Positions 23,234-34,761 of a stretch of 64,000 nt of DNA are shown in pieces. Each line of letters opens with the position of its first letter. Within the stretch, counting starts at the first letter, position 1. Made by a program: the position numbers and the translations under genes. The DNA comes from Candidatus Desulfatibia profunda (lineage in GTDB: Bacteria; Desulfobacterota; Desulfobacteria; Desulfobacterales; UBA11574), in assembly GCA_014382665.1 (NCBI GenBank), contig JACNJH010000129.1, forward strand, positions 305 through 64,304, in the 5' to 3' direction. Under the pieces are notes generated by a model. It was not told the DNA's origin, searched no databases, and saw nothing but the letters and a program-made list of their open reading frames with translations.

Positions 23234-23360
23234 GTTAAATGGTCAAGTAGCCAAATGGTTAAATAGTCAAATTAGCTCTACCCGTCAATACAAAGAAAAT
23301 AAATTTTCAAATCAGCCATTCAGCCATACAACCATTTAACTAATCAACTAATCAACTAAT
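23234..23360. repeat. inverted pair of octamer tandem arrays
   Basis: Left arm, 23235-23274: TTAAATGG TCAAGTAG CCAAATGG TTAAATAG TCAAATTA. Right arm, 23313-23360: CAGCCATT CAGCCATA CAACCATT TAACTAAT CAACTAAT CAACTAAT. The cores are reverse-complementary (ATGG/CCAT, TTAG/CTAA). Confidence 0.8.
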
Positions 23361-23819
23361 TCACATTCCCGTATGCCCGAATCCGCCGGCATTCCGATCG
23401 GTTTCATCAAGCTGCGGCACAACTTCCAATCTGGCCGAGTAAACCCGATTGATGACCATCTGGGCGATCCTGTCGCCGCGGGAAAAGGTATAGTCTTTGT
23501 CTCCAAGATTTATCATGGCAATTTTGACTTCACCGCGATAGTCGGCGTCAATGGTGCCGGGAGAGTTGATCAGACCGATACCGTGTTTGGCAGCCAGTCC
23601 GCTTCGGGGGCGAATCTGGGCTTCATATCCTTCGGGGATGGCTACGGCAAAACCGGTGGGAATCATCGCGATTGCGCCCACTTTCAGCACAAAATCCTTT
23701 TCAATAGCGGCACAGATGTCCATTCCTGCAGCCCGGGGCGTCATGTAACGGGGCAGAGGTATATCGGCGTCCGTCTCCGGTCTTAAGCGCAGAATTTTAA
23801 TGGTAGGCGTGTGGTCCAT
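23361..23819 (-). CDS. dut: dUTP diphosphatase
   Basis: PRSGLAAKHGI...NSPGTIDADYRGE...GGFGHTG are canonical dUTPase motifs. Confidence 0.95.
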   Translation of the reverse strand: MDHTPTIKILRLRPETDADIPLPRYMTPRAAGMDICAAIEKDFVLKVGAIAMIPTGFAVAIPEGYEAQIRPRSGLAAKHGIGLINSPGTIDADYRGEVKIAMINLGDKDYTFSRGDRIAQMVINRVYSARLEVVPQLDETDRNAGGFGHTGM

Positions 23820-23827
23820 TATGTTTT

Positions 23828-25099
23828 TCAGATCGTTAAGATATTCTCATAAGCAGCCTTGTCGCCGACTGCTCCGAGCATTGTCAGGGCAAAGCAGTTG
23901 TCCTTAAAAAGGGCTTCCGCCAGTTCGAGGATATCATCTTGGGTAACCGATTCGATGTTGTCGATAACATCCTCCAAAGGAATATAACGCCCGAAATGGG
24001 TTTCGTTTTGGGCCAGGCGAACCATCTGGTTGTCATTATTCTCCGAGGCCAACAGAAGGTTGCCTTTCGTGTATTCTTTGGCATCTCCCAACTCATCTGC
24101 CCCGACTCGCGTTGCTTTAAGCTTCCCCATCTCCTTTAAGATTGTTGTTGTCGACTCGAAGGCATTCTTAGGGTCGACGCCTACATAAGCCCCGAAAATG
24201 CCGGTGTCGACATAAGAGGATATGAATGAATAGACCGAATAGGCCAACCCCCTGCGTTCACGTATCTCCTGAAAAAGCCTTGAGCTCATGTTACCCCCAA
24301 GCAGGGTGTTCATCAGTGAGTAGGCGTACCGCTTGGGGTTGGTGATGGATATTCCCTTTGTTGCCAGGCAGACATGAACCTGTTCCAGATCCCTGTAGCG
24401 CAGGTCAACCAGGGGGCGTCCATCGGGCATGATGCGTTCGGGAAAGCCGTTGCCCGGCCGAACGGATTCGAATGCCGGTCCCACCAGATCAACTAGGCGG
24501 TCATGCTCCAAGCTGCCGGCAGCAGAGATAACAATCCGATCAGGCTGATAAAAACGGCAAAAAAAATCCTTGATGGTATCGGCAGTAAAACCAAGGATGT
24601 TTTCACGAGGGCCTAAAATCGACCGTCCCAAAGAATTTTGACCCCAAAAGTTATTTCCTGAAAGAATATGAACATACTCCTCCGAATTGTCTTCAACCAT
24701 TCCAATTTCCTGGAGAATAATCGTTCGCTCGTTTTCAACCTCTTTTTCGTCGAATAAAGAGTTTAAAAATATATCAGAAAGAATATCGACGACGGTCTCA
24801 AGATGGGTATCGATGACTTTGGCGTGGTAGCAAGTATTCTCTAAGCTCGTGAAAGCGTTGGTATGTCCTCCGATGGCATCAAATTCCTTGGCGATTTGAA
24901 ACGCCGACCGCTTTTCGGTTCCCTTGAAAATCATGTGTTCAATAAAATGGGAAAGTCCGCTTTCAGCCAGTGATTCGTCCCTGGCGCCGACATTCACCCA
25001 TACCCCTACCGATACCGATCGGATATGGGGCATCTTTTTGGTGACAATCCGGATACCATTTTTAAGGATGGTTTTGTTGGCGCCCAAACCCATTTTCAC
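23828..25099 (-). CDS. M16-family (insulinase-like) zinc peptidase
   Basis: [11 protein letters not shown] (HxxEH) motif. It is positioned downstream of pnp, as in many bacteria. Confidence 0.85.
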   Translation of the reverse strand: MKMGLGANKTILKNGIRIVTKKMPHIRSVSVGVWVNVGARDESLAESGLSHFIEHMIFKGTEKRSAFQIAKEFDAIGGHTNAFTSLENTCYHAKVIDTHLETVVDILSDIFLNSLFDEKEVENERTIILQEIGMVEDNSEEYVHILSGNNFWGQNSLGRSILGPRENILGFTADTIKDFFCRFYQPDRIVISAAGSLEHDRLVDLVGPAFESVRPGNGFPERIMPDGRPLVDLRYRDLEQVHVCLATKGISITNPKRYAYSLMNTLLGGNMSSRLFQEIRERRGLAYSVYSFISSYVDTGIFGAYVGVDPKNAFESTTTILKEMGKLKATRVGADELGDAKEYTKGNLLLASENNDNQMVRLAQNETHFGRYIPLEDVIDNIESVTQDDILELAEALFKDNCFALTMLGAVGDKAAYENILTI

Positions 25100-27186
25100 A
25101 CCTTTCCTTCTTCTTCCAGAACAGCCTTGTGACTCAGGCGGATCTTTCCGTCTCTGCCGATTTCCAGAACCTTGACCTTAATGCGGTCGCCTTCCTTGAC
25201 GATATCGGAAACTTTTGTAACGCGGTGGGGAGCCAGTTGCGAGATATGCACAAGTCCGTCCGTACCGGGCCTTATTTGGACAAAAGCCCCGAAATCCATG
25301 ATCTTTACAACCGTTCCTTCGTAGATCTTCCCTTCTTCCGGTTCCACGATGATCTCGTTGATCATGTCTAAAGCCGCATCTCCTTCAGCTTGCGAAAAGG
25401 CGGCAATTTTGACCAGACCTGAATCGTCAATTTCAATTTTTGTATTAGTTTCACTTTGAATCGACCGGATGACTTTTCCTCCGGGGCCGATGATTTCGCG
25501 GATTTTGTCCGGATTAATCTTAATAGTAATTATCTTGGGTGCATAAGGAGAAATTTGATCGCGGGGTTCCCTCAACGCCTCCAACATCCGGTCTAGAATA
25601 TAAATCCGGCCGACACGAGCCTGTTCCAGCGCCTTTTCCATGATATCCCTTGAAAGTTCATGGATCTTAATATCCATCTGCAGCGAAGTAATGCCGTCTT
25701 TGGTGCCGGCAACCTTGAAATCCATATCACCGGTGTGATCTTCATCTCCTAAGATATCAGACAGAATAAGCACCCGATCTCCTTCTTTTACAAGTCCCAT
25801 GGCTATACCGGAAACCGGAGCCTTGATGGGAACCCCTCCGTCCATAAGCGCCAGGATACTCGAACATACCGTTCCCATGGATGAAGACCCGTTCGACTCG
25901 AAAACCTCCGAAACCAGCCGAATGGTATAGTCAAATTTTTCCTTGGGGGGCAGAATTTTTTCGATGGCTCTGGTGGACAGCCCGCCATGGCCGATATCTC
26001 TGCGGCTGGGACCTCCGATCCGTCTTACCTCTCCCACCGAATACGGCGGGAAGTTGTAATGAAGCATAAAAGGTCGGAACTCTTCACCGATTAATGTTTC
26101 CACCCGCTGCTCGTCCTGTCCCGAACCAAGGGTCAGCACCCCTAAAACCTGGGTTTCTCCCCGTGTAAAGAGGGCGCTGCCGTGGGTTCGGGGCAAAATT
26201 CCGGTCTCGCAGGTAATGGGCCTGATTTCATCAAATTTGCGGTTATCGATCCGTCTGCCTTCTTTCAGGACAAGGTCGCGACTGATTTTTCGTTGCAGGT
26301 CATTCAGGATGTCATCGATTTGGCCTTTTTGATCGACATAGTCTTGTCCGAGCTTTTCGAACACTTTCGCTTTGAGGTCCCGAAGTGCCGCACTGCGTTC
26401 GATTTTTTGAGGCACTTGCAGAGCTTCGTATAGAGGAGAAGCCACTTCGGCCTCAATTTTTCTGACCAGTTCCTCGTCCCTTTGAGGCGGAGTAAAGGGG
26501 CGTTTTGGTATGCCGTTGGTCTCTTTTAGCTTCTCTTGAAGTTCTATGATCGGCTGTATCTCTTTATGGCCGAAAAAAATGGCTTCCAGCATATCAGCTT
26601 CTTTAACGATGTTGCCGCCGCCCTCTACCATGACCACACCGGTTTTTGAACCTGCAACAATAATGTTGATATCAGATAGTTCCAATTCGTCAATGGTGGG
26701 ATTGATTTTGAATTGACCGTCCAGACGGCCGACGCGTACGGATGCAATCGGCCCTGCAAACGGGATGTCCGATATTTCGAGCGCAGCTGACGCCCCTACC
26801 ATTGCCAGTATGTCAGGGTCGTTTTCCTGGTCCATGGACAGCACCGTTGCAATTACCTGAGTTTCATAGCGGTAGTTTTTCGGGAAGAGGGGGCGAATGG
26901 GCCGGTCAATAAGACGGGCGGTTAAGGTCTCTTTTTCAGAGGGCCTTCCGATTTCGCGCCTGAAATAATTTCCGGGTATCCTCCCGGCGGCATAAATTTT
27001 CTCCTGATATTCGACGCTCAGCGGTAAAAAATCCGCCGCTCGTTCTTCTCTGGCCGATACCACCGTGACAAGTACCATGGTGTCGCCATAGCGAACCACA
27101 ACCGAACCGGACGCCTGTTTGGCAACTTTTCCGGTTTCGATGCTCAGGGGTTTACCTCCAACTTCTGTTTTAAGTACGGTTTTCAT
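25096..27186 (-). CDS. pnp: polynucleotide phosphorylase
   Basis: Two RNase PH domains plus KH and S1 domains. ATG 27186 is preceded by AAGGAG (the ORF track starts at TTG 27210). Confidence 0.97.
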   Translation of the reverse strand: MKTVLKTEVGGKPLSIETGKVAKQASGSVVVRYGDTMVLVTVVSAREERAADFLPLSVEYQEKIYAAGRIPGNYFRREIGRPSEKETLTARLIDRPIRPLFPKNYRYETQVIATVLSMDQENDPDILAMVGASAALEISDIPFAGPIASVRVGRLDGQFKINPTIDELELSDINIIVAGSKTGVVMVEGGGNIVKEADMLEAIFFGHKEIQPIIELQEKLKETNGIPKRPFTPPQRDEELVRKIEAEVASPLYEALQVPQKIERSAALRDLKAKVFEKLGQDYVDQKGQIDDILNDLQRKISRDLVLKEGRRIDNRKFDEIRPITCETGILPRTHGSALFTRGETQVLGVLTLGSGQDEQRVETLIGEEFRPFMLHYNFPPYSVGEVRRIGGPSRRDIGHGGLSTRAIEKILPPKEKFDYTIRLVSEVFESNGSSSMGTVCSSILALMDGGVPIKAPVSGIAMGLVKEGDRVLILSDILGDEDHTGDMDFKVAGTKDGITSLQMDIKIHELSRDIMEKALEQARVGRIYILDRMLEALREPRDQISPYAPKIITIKINPDKIREIIGPGGKVIRSIQSETNTKIEIDDSGLVKIAAFSQAEGDAALDMINEIIVEPEEGKIYEGTVVKIMDFGAFVQIRPGTDGLVHISQLAPHRVTKVSDIVKEGDRIKVKVLEIGRDGKIRLSHKAVLEEEGKV

Positions 27187-27323
27187 GCTAATCTCCTTAG
27201 GGAAAGGCAACTTCGAATCTGAAGCTGCCGCTATTTAACAAATCACGCAACGCTGTAACTTTTCAATGAGTTATGAGTCCGGCCGCAGGCAATGAAATTT
27301 GAAATTTGATATCAGAAAACCAA

Positions 27324-27427
27324 GCCGACTTCGCCAAAGTAGCTGCCGACTTCGCCAAAGTAGCTTTAGCTACGACGGCTGAATTAGCTCCGACGGCTGA
27401 ATAACCATTAACGAACAACGAATAACG
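27324..27427. repeat. tandem 21-mers and 18-mers forming an imperfect palindrome in the rpsO-pnp spacer
   Basis: GCCGACTTCGCCAAAGTAGCT x2 (27324-27365), then TTAGCT(A/C)CGACGGCTGAA x2 (27366-27401), then AACGAAC/AACGAAT words. GTAGCT pairs with AGCTAC at the centre. Confidence 0.8.
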
Positions 27428-27496
27428 CCCCATCGAGTTTTGACTCGATCAGAGTAAGACTTTCTGTCCGTAAAACCGGTCACAAAAGACTTGAAG

Positions 27497-27766
27497 CTAT
27501 CTTCTCAATCCAAGGGCTTCGATAACCGTCCTGTATCGTTTTACATCTTTGTTTTTAACGTAGTTCAAAAGTCTGCGACGTCTACCGACTAAAATCAGCA
27601 AACCTCTTCGGGAGTGATGATCCTTTTTATGAACCTTCAAATGCTCCGTAAGATATGAAATACGTTGTGTCAAAAGTCCTACCTGAACCTCCGGTGAACC
27701 GGTATCGGATTCATGCAGTTTAAACCGTTCAATCAACTCCTTTTTGTCATTCGATGTTAAAACCAA
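27497..27766 (-). CDS. rpsO: 30S ribosomal protein S15
   Basis: 89 aa, with ...[40 protein letters not shown].... TTG start is preceded by GGAGG. Confidence 0.95.
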   Translation of the reverse strand: MVLTSNDKKELIERFKLHESDTGSPEVQVGLLTQRISYLTEHLKVHKKDHHSRRGLLILVGRRRRLLNYVKNKDVKRYRTVIEALGLRR

Positions 27767-27871
27767 TTTATTTAGCCTCCTGCATTTGAATAATTATTTT
27801 TACCTCGATTTAGGTTTCAACAAACGAAGCGCTTCTCAAATCCGGAACTCCAATGATTCCAGACGTAGGCG

Positions 27872-28777
27872 CTAGCTGTTGAAGACACAACAATAACGAT
27901 ACCTATTTGTTTCGGGTGTCCACTGTAACACGGCAATAAGATTCTTATCGATATCAACGATCTTGATAAATCCCTTTAAAGCGTCCATCTGCCCGGGTAT
28001 AAAATCCTTTTTTGTTAAAATCCTGCCATGCATTATTTTTGCGTTCAAAGCCTTATCGGCAACGTGTTCGGGCATTTGCGGCAAAGCGTTCGACATACTT
28101 ATCATCCGCTCGAATAACCTGGCGGATAAAGCAAGTTCTTCTATTTGTTGCAAGGTTACAGCCTCGGCAATTGTAAATCCGGCGCTCTTGATCCTTCTGA
28201 GTTCCTTAAGGTGTCCCCCGCATCCTAAAGAAGCACCGATGTCTGCGCAAAGTGTTCTGATATATGTCCCTGCGCTGCAGGAAACAACAAAACGTACCAG
28301 CGGGAGATCGATTTTAAGTATTTCGATGGTTGAAATACATATACGTCTTGCCTGTTTCTGAACAGGCTTGCCGTTTCGAGCAAGTTTATAAAGAGGAACC
28401 CCTTTATACTTCAGTGCCGAATAAACCGGTGGAAATTGCTCAAGTGTTCCTTCAAACTGGCTGAATACGGACCGGATCGCACGATCCGAAAATCTTACCT
28501 CATCACACGTTGCTGTTACAGTTCCGGTCAAATCCTGGGTGTCGGTTGCAACACCCAGCTGAAGAACAGCCTCGTATGTTTTGCTTGAGTGCAGAAAAAA
28601 CCTTGCCAGCTTTGTGGCCTGGTTCACACAGCAAACCAGAACCCCTGTTGCAAAGGGATCAAGTGTACCGGTGTGCCCTGTCTTTCTGGCACCAAGCAAT
28701 CTTTTTACAACCGCCACCACCTCGGCGGATGTTGTGTTCGCGGGCTTATCAACAACTAAAATTCCGCTTTTGTTCAT
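27872..28777 (-). CDS. truB: tRNA pseudouridine(55) synthase
   Basis: GILVVDKP...KTGHTGTLDPFATGVL motif. Confidence 0.93.
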   Translation of the reverse strand: MNKSGILVVDKPANTTSAEVVAVVKRLLGARKTGHTGTLDPFATGVLVCCVNQATKLARFFLHSSKTYEAVLQLGVATDTQDLTGTVTATCDEVRFSDRAIRSVFSQFEGTLEQFPPVYSALKYKGVPLYKLARNGKPVQKQARRICISTIEILKIDLPLVRFVVSCSAGTYIRTLCADIGASLGCGGHLKELRRIKSAGFTIAEAVTLQQIEELALSARLFERMISMSNALPQMPEHVADKALNAKIMHGRILTKKDFIPGQMDALKGFIKIVDIDKNLIAVLQWTPETNRYRYCCVFNS

Positions 28778-28793
28778 GCTGAATGTATCCGGA

Positions 28794-29762
28794 TCACAAT
28801 TTTTCAGCCAGGTTTAATATTTTTGTTTTTAAATCGGGAAGTGTCGATTCAATATTAAATCCGGCAGCACTGGAATGACCGCCCCCGCCAAATGAGGCGG
28901 CTATTTCGGCCACATTCACCGTTCCATCTGAACGGAGGCTGACGTGATACTTGCTGAAAGATGTTGATTCTCCGCCGCTGTCTTGATGCTCCTGAATAAG
29001 CGCCGCTACTTTTACATCTTCAATACGTTTGGCATAATTAATAAGGCCGTCCACGTCTTCAGGCTGGGTCCGAGTTTCATTGAACATGTTCTGAGTGAGC
29101 GTCATAATTGACAGTTTGCCGTTAGATGAAATCACAATGGAATCAAGCGCAAGGTTCAACAGTTTTATGCGGCCCAGGGAATAAGTTCCATATACGTGCT
29201 GAGCAACTCTGTAAGGATCGACGCCTATCGCTACCATCTCTGCGCAAATGGCAAAAGCAGCCTTGTTTGTATTTGAAAATCGAAAGGACCCTGTGTCAGT
29301 CAAAATTCCTGTATATATCGAAATCGCAATATTTTCATCAATGGGAACAGACAGCTGTTTTATCAGTCGGTACACGATCTCTGCGGTAGCACTTGCGGAC
29401 GTATCGACAAGTCGAAAGCTGCCAAAGAAAGTATTGGTGATATGATGATCAATGTTGATGATGACCGGTGTCCGTTCTATCTCTGAAACGCCTTCTCCGA
29501 CGCGCTGCAAGTTGCCGCAGTCAAGTATAACGGCCGTGTCATAGCTTGAATTGTTGAGGCGACGAACGACACGATCAACCGACGGTAGAAAACGATACAC
29601 AGCCGGAATGGGACTTTCGTTGTATAATGTTGTTTTTTTGTTCAAGGTCTCAAGGGCAAGTCCCGTGGCAATCAGCGAGCCGATGGCATCACCGTCCGGA
29701 TTTGTGTGAGAAACAACTAAGACATTTCGGCTATTTTTCAAATGGCGTATGATCTGGTCCAT
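28794..29762 (-). CDS. DHH-family phosphoesterase (NrnA-like oligoribonuclease/pAp phosphatase)
   Basis: VVSHTNPDGDAIGS, IDHH and GGGH motifs (DHH plus DHHA1). Confidence 0.85.
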   Translation of the reverse strand: MDQIIRHLKNSRNVLVVSHTNPDGDAIGSLIATGLALETLNKKTTLYNESPIPAVYRFLPSVDRVVRRLNNSSYDTAVILDCGNLQRVGEGVSEIERTPVIINIDHHITNTFFGSFRLVDTSASATAEIVYRLIKQLSVPIDENIAISIYTGILTDTGSFRFSNTNKAAFAICAEMVAIGVDPYRVAQHVYGTYSLGRIKLLNLALDSIVISSNGKLSIMTLTQNMFNETRTQPEDVDGLINYAKRIEDVKVAALIQEHQDSGGESTSFSKYHVSLRSDGTVNVAEIAASFGGGGHSSAAGFNIESTLPDLKTKILNLAEKL

Positions 29763-30108
29763 TATCTGCTTTGATTGACTTCAGCACGTTATCGATGCGT
29801 GATCCGTACTCAAAAGATTCATCGTAATAAAATTTAAGCTCGGGCATATAACGCAGACCGAGCTGTTGGGCCAAGGTCCGTTTTACATACCCGAGAGCGC
29901 TTCTAAAACCTTCGGCCGCTTCTTCGCTGCTTTTTCTGCCGCCTGGTGAAATAAAGTAAATCCGCGCAATCCGAAGATCACGGGACATCTTTACACCCGT
30001 AATTGTCGCCATTTCAAGACGAGGATCTTTAAGGTGCTTCTGCAACATGTCCGACAAGACCTTTTTGATATGACCGCTGACTCTTTCGGAACGTGAATAG
30101 GGTTTCAT
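29731..30108 (-). CDS. rbfA: ribosome-binding factor A
   Basis: RSERVSGHIKKVLSDMLQ...DPRL...ITGVKMSRDLRIARIYF. Confidence 0.92.
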   Translation of the reverse strand: MKPYSRSERVSGHIKKVLSDMLQKHLKDPRLEMATITGVKMSRDLRIARIYFISPGGRKSSEEAAEGFRSALGYVKRTLAQQLGLRYMPELKFYYDESFEYGSRIDNVLKSIKADNGPDHTPFEK

Positions 30109-30162
30109 TGTCCACTTTTTAGCAGCGCGGCTGCCTTTTAGAAAATCGCGCAGCGATTTTAT

Positions 30163-30450
30163 TTATAAATTGATGAGCTCCATTTCGCTATCGATAACCT
30201 CGGCCAGCCCCAACTCGTTTGCCAAGTTGAATATTTTATCAATTTTGGAGTTTATCACCGTTCGGTCGTTGCCAACTACCGCAAAACCTATTTCCGCCCT
30301 CTGATAGATATCATTTGCTCCAACCTCGGCAACCGAGATATTAAAGTTGTTGCGCAACCGGCTGATAATTGATTTTACAACTTTGCGCTTGCCTTTTAAC
30401 GACCGGCAGTCATGCAGCCTGAATGTTATTATCCCTAAACCGGCAACCAT
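30163..30450 (-). CDS. DUF503-family protein (YlxP-like)
   Basis: MVAGLGIITFRLHDCRSLKGKRKVVKSIISRLRNNFNISVAEV.... The start was chosen at ATG 30450 so that it does not overlap infB. The position between infB and rbfA is conserved. Confidence 0.8.
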   Translation of the reverse strand: MVAGLGIITFRLHDCRSLKGKRKVVKSIISRLRNNFNISVAEVGANDIYQRAEIGFAVVGNDRTVINSKIDKIFNLANELGLAEVIDSEMELINL

Positions 30451-30463
30451 GACATCCTCATTA

Positions 30464-33190
30464 TTACTGTTCAAGTTCGGGTCTGATCTCTTCCAGGTAA
30501 TAGCATTCGATGATGTCGCCGATCTTGATGTCATTGTAATTTTCAATACCGATTCCGCATTCATAGCCGCTTTGAACTTCCTTGGCGTCGTCTTTAAATC
30601 GCCGCAGAGAAGAAATCGTGCCGTCGTATAAGACAACCCAATCCCTTAAAATGCGCACCTTCCGCCCCCGCTCCACCTTTCCTTCAGTTACGTAACAACC
30701 TGAAATCGCTCCCACTTTGGGGACATGAAATACTTCGCGGACCTCGGCCCTTCCCAAGACTCGTTCTTCAAAGGTGGACGACATCATACCGATGATGGCA
30801 TTTTTAATATCTTTGATAACATCGTAGATGATATTGTAAAACCGTGTATCCACATTTTCTTCGCTGGCAAGCGCCTGAACCTTGGAACTGGGGCGCACGT
30901 TAAATCCAATAATGATGGCATCGGATACGGCGGACAGGGAGACGTCTGATTCGGTTAGGGTGCCGGTAGCTGCGTGGATCACATTAATTTTGACTTCCTC
31001 ATTGGAAAGCTTTGTCAGTGAATCTCTGAGAGCTTCAATAGAGCCGTGGACATCAGCCTTCAATATGATGTTCAGCTCTTTAACTTTCCCTACCTGCATC
31101 TGCTCGTAAAGTTTTTCAAGACTTAAGCGGCCGGTTTTGGCCAGTTCTTTAGATCGCTGCTTCTGGATTCGATGGGCACTAACCTGTTTGGCATCCTTTT
31201 CATCGGCAAGTGCGATCATCTCATCTCCGGCATTGGGAACGCCGGTTAGGCCGATGATTTCTGCCGGCATTGAAGGTCCGGCCGAGGCTACCTGAACTCC
31301 GCGGTCGTTCAATAAAGCGCGTACTTTCCCGTGGTGCACGCCGCAGACCACCGGATCATGGACTTTTAAAGTTCCTTGCCGTATCAGGACGGTGGCGACA
31401 GGACCTCTGCCTGAATCCAGTTTGGCTTCAACCACGTGCCCCATGGCAAGCCTGTCCGGGTTGGCCTTAAGTTCCAATATCTCGGCCTGAAGAAGGATCA
31501 TTTCAAGCAGGTCGTCTATGCCCGTATTCTCTTTAGCAGAGACCTTGACAAAAATAGTTTCGCCGCCCCATTCCTCGGGCACAAGCCCGGCATCGGCAAG
31601 TTCACGTTGAACACGTTCGGGATCGGCATTGGCTTTGTCGATTTTGTTAATTGCAACGATTATCGGTACCCCGGCGGCTTTGGCGTGATTGATCGCCTCA
31701 ATGGTCTGCGGCATGACACCATCATCGGCGGCAACAACCAGAACTACCAAATCTGTAACTTTGGCGCCGCGGGCACGCATTTCAGTAAAGGCCTCATGTC
31801 CCGGTGTATCCAGAAAGATGATTTGGCCTTTCTCCGTGGAAACATGATAGGCTCCAATGTGCTGCGTAATTCCTCCGGCTTCATTTTCAGTAACTTTGGT
31901 TTTGCGAATGACATCAAGAAGAGATGTTTTACCATGATCCACATGTCCCATAACGGTAACCACCGGAGGCCTCTCGATGAGTTTGCTGGGGTCATCCTGT
32001 TCCACCCTGATAAGTGTTTCTTCCTCAAAGGATGCTTTTTCAAGCTCGTAATCGAACTCTGAGGCAACAAGGACTGCGGTATCAAAGTCTATGATCTGGT
32101 TCACTGTCGCCATAACATTCAAACCCATCAGTTTTTTTATTATTTCAGCAGCTTTAATTCCCATGCGCTTGGCAAGATCAGAAAGGGCAATGGTGTCATC
32201 GATCTTTATTCGGCGCTTGATGGCCTTAGGGATTGTAATCTGGGGCTTTTGTTGAATGACGGCTGCTTTGGCCTTGGTCGTTTTGCGGATCTTTCGAACC
32301 CGCTGACTCGGGGCGTAAAGGTCTTCTCCCTCAACAACCTCTTTTTTTCGAAACGAAATTTTCTTTTTAAAAAACTTTTTATCTATAACCGTGTCTTCAG
32401 GTCTCTTTGCCCTTTTCTTTTTCTTTTTTGCAGGCACTTCTTCCGGCGGTGCCGTGTCGTCATGGTCAAGTTCCACCGGCAGAGGTATCTTTGTAACCAC
32501 CGGCTCGGGAGGTGTGTCTTTGGCTTTATCGACCACGGGGATTATGACTTCATCGGGGGGTTTTGCCGGCAGTCTTATAATTTTTGCAGGGATCTCTTTT
32601 TTAATCTTTTTGGGTTTTACTTTCTTGGCAACAGGTTGTCTCTTCTGTTTTAATACGGCCGGCGGCACAACCTGTTGCCTCTCTTTTTGAATTACGGTCG
32701 GCGAATCGACGCCATCCGGCACATCGATGATTTTCGGAGCGTCTTTCTCTGCAACCTTTTTTTTCTCAACAACCATTTCGGCCATATCTGCCTTTTTAAT
32801 CGCTTTAGCTTCGATTTTCGCTGCCCTTGCCGTTGCTTGCGGTTCTTTTTTGAAGGGGGGTTGCTTTGCTGCAACGCTTTCCTCAATGGGCTCCTGGGCA
32901 GCTTCAGTTTTTTCAGGACGCACTTGGGGCTCGGCGACCGCTTCTACCTCAACAGGTTCTTCCGGTACACGTTTGTGGCGTCTTCGAATAATTGTGGGTT
33001 TAATGCGTGTTTCCTCGACATCTTTTTCTTTAAAGCCGAGTATGTTCTGCTTGATTCTGGCGACGATATCATCGTCCAGAGCGCTCATATGGCTTTTTAC
33101 AGGAATAGCGATTTCCCGCATTTTTTCGAGCAGCGCCTTGTTCGTCATGTTAAAATTCCTGGCAAGCTCATACACCCTGATCTTTGCCAT
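30464..33190 (-). CDS. infB: translation initiation factor IF-2
   Basis: 908 aa with GTPase motifs [17 protein letters not shown] and NKID, and a charged N-terminal region. Confidence 0.97.
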   Translation of the reverse strand: MAKIRVYELARNFNMTNKALLEKMREIAIPVKSHMSALDDDIVARIKQNILGFKEKDVEETRIKPTIIRRRHKRVPEEPVEVEAVAEPQVRPEKTEAAQEPIEESVAAKQPPFKKEPQATARAAKIEAKAIKKADMAEMVVEKKKVAEKDAPKIIDVPDGVDSPTVIQKERQQVVPPAVLKQKRQPVAKKVKPKKIKKEIPAKIIRLPAKPPDEVIIPVVDKAKDTPPEPVVTKIPLPVELDHDDTAPPEEVPAKKKKKRAKRPEDTVIDKKFFKKKISFRKKEVVEGEDLYAPSQRVRKIRKTTKAKAAVIQQKPQITIPKAIKRRIKIDDTIALSDLAKRMGIKAAEIIKKLMGLNVMATVNQIIDFDTAVLVASEFDYELEKASFEEETLIRVEQDDPSKLIERPPVVTVMGHVDHGKTSLLDVIRKTKVTENEAGGITQHIGAYHVSTEKGQIIFLDTPGHEAFTEMRARGAKVTDLVVLVVAADDGVMPQTIEAINHAKAAGVPIIVAINKIDKANADPERVQRELADAGLVPEEWGGETIFVKVSAKENTGIDDLLEMILLQAEILELKANPDRLAMGHVVEAKLDSGRGPVATVLIRQGTLKVHDPVVCGVHHGKVRALLNDRGVQVASAGPSMPAEIIGLTGVPNAGDEMIALADEKDAKQVSAHRIQKQRSKELAKTGRLSLEKLYEQMQVGKVKELNIILKADVHGSIEALRDSLTKLSNEEVKINVIHAATGTLTESDVSLSAVSDAIIIGFNVRPSSKVQALASEENVDTRFYNIIYDVIKDIKNAIIGMMSSTFEERVLGRAEVREVFHVPKVGAISGCYVTEGKVERGRKVRILRDWVVLYDGTISSLRRFKDDAKEVQSGYECGIGIENYNDIKIGDIIECYYLEEIRPELEQ

Positions 33191-33265
33191 TCATCCCCCT
33201 TAGCTTTGGTTATTGTTGGAACTTTGTGTTCTCTGAAATCCCACTGTTCTGCGATGATTAAAAAA

Positions 33266-34630
33266 TTATTGCTCGTCGGGAGCATCATTGTTCGATGACT
33301 GCGCCCGAGCGGACATATCCTCACCTTCACCGGTATCTTTTTCAGAAGCTTTCCCTGACGAAGCTTCCATAGGTGTTTCATTGATAGGATCAATAGTTGC
33401 CGTATACTTTTTTGCGGTTTCGATCAGCTTTTGAGCTTTTTCTTCGGCAATTCCTCTGATCTGGACTAGATCTTCTATAGACGCATGGCTGAGCTCCTCG
33501 GCAGAATAAAAACCTTTTTCATACAGGGCATCCGCCATACTGATTCCAATGCCGGGCAGTGCCACCAGTGAATCGTATCCATCCTGCATCGCCTCGCTGT
33601 ATCGAGATTCACTGATCACATCAAGATGCCATTTGGTCAGTTTTGAGGCCAGCCGTACGTTCTGCCCCTTTTTTCCGATAGCAATCGAAAGAAACTCATC
33701 AGGAACAATGACCTCCATGCTGCGGTTTTCTTCATCGATAATGACTCTGGAAATTTCGGCCGGCGCCAGCGCATTACATACAAATTTCGCCGGATCAATA
33801 TGATAGGGTATGATATCTATCTTCTCGCCCTTGAGTTCCTGGACAACGTTCTGAACCCGGCTTCCTTTCATTCCCACGCAGGCGCCAACCGGGTCGATAT
33901 CGGAATCATTAGACGTCACGGCAATCTTTGCCCGGACTCCGGGTTCACGGGACACACCCATGATGGAGACAATACCTTCACTGATTTCGGGCACTTCTGT
34001 TTTGAAAAGGTTGACTAAAAAATTAGGATGCGTCCTTGAAAGAACAATTTGGGGTCCGCGCGTTTCATACAACACATCCATTATATAGGCTCGGATACGA
34101 TCGCCTCTGCGATACGTCTCCCTCGGGACTTGCTCCTTATACGGCAGGATGCCTTCGGTCTGTCCAAGATTAACAATAATATCATTGCGGTCGATACGCT
34201 GGGCAATTCCATTGATGATTTCACCTTTGCGGTCGATGAAGCTGGAATAAATCGCATCCCTTTCGGCGTCCTTCATTTTCTGAATAATAACCTGTTTGGC
34301 CGATTGGGCGGCGATACGTCCGAAGGTGGAAGTATCCATCTTTGTGCCCAGGCTGTCGCCGACCTCACATTCCGGGTCCAATTTACGTCCTTCTTCAAGA
34401 CTGATTTGAAGATCAGTCTCTGTGACCACTTCGGCCACATCTTTAAACTGGAAGACCTCAAGTTCGCCGGCCTCTTCATTATATTGAACCTCGATATCGA
34501 TCTTGCCTCCAAACTTTTTCCTGGCTGCAGATCCCAAAGCCTCTTGAAGCGCCTTGATAAGGACTTCGCGGTTAATACCTTTGTCTCGGCTAACCTGCTC
34601 AACAACGCGTTTTATATCTGTTATTAACAT
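33266..34630 (-). CDS. nusA: transcription termination/antitermination factor NusA
   Basis: Begins at MLITDIKRVVEQVSRDKGI. S1 and two KH domains are present. The ORF track extends to 34705, but ATG 34630 fits the conserved N-terminus. Confidence 0.93.
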   Translation of the reverse strand: MLITDIKRVVEQVSRDKGINREVLIKALQEALGSAARKKFGGKIDIEVQYNEEAGELEVFQFKDVAEVVTETDLQISLEEGRKLDPECEVGDSLGTKMDTSTFGRIAAQSAKQVIIQKMKDAERDAIYSSFIDRKGEIINGIAQRIDRNDIIVNLGQTEGILPYKEQVPRETYRRGDRIRAYIMDVLYETRGPQIVLSRTHPNFLVNLFKTEVPEISEGIVSIMGVSREPGVRAKIAVTSNDSDIDPVGACVGMKGSRVQNVVQELKGEKIDIIPYHIDPAKFVCNALAPAEISRVIIDEENRSMEVIVPDEFLSIAIGKKGQNVRLASKLTKWHLDVISESRYSEAMQDGYDSLVALPGIGISMADALYEKGFYSAEELSHASIEDLVQIRGIAEEKAQKLIETAKKYTATIDPINETPMEASSGKASEKDTGEGEDMSARAQSSNNDAPDEQ

Positions 34631-34761
34631 CCGGTTTCTCCGTTGAATCTTTGAAAAACGTCCCCTTTTGTCCGAAATTATCATTGAAGCTCCCCGCGGC
34701 CCCAAAAACGGGATTTGCGTTACGTTCCAATCCCGCCATGGCGGGACGGGGATTACGCTTG

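Noticed and set aside
30451-30636. Longer 157-aa form of the DUF503 ORF
   Set aside because: The extension overlaps the infB 3' end. DUF503 proteins are ~95 aa, and the conserved part starts at MVAGLGI.
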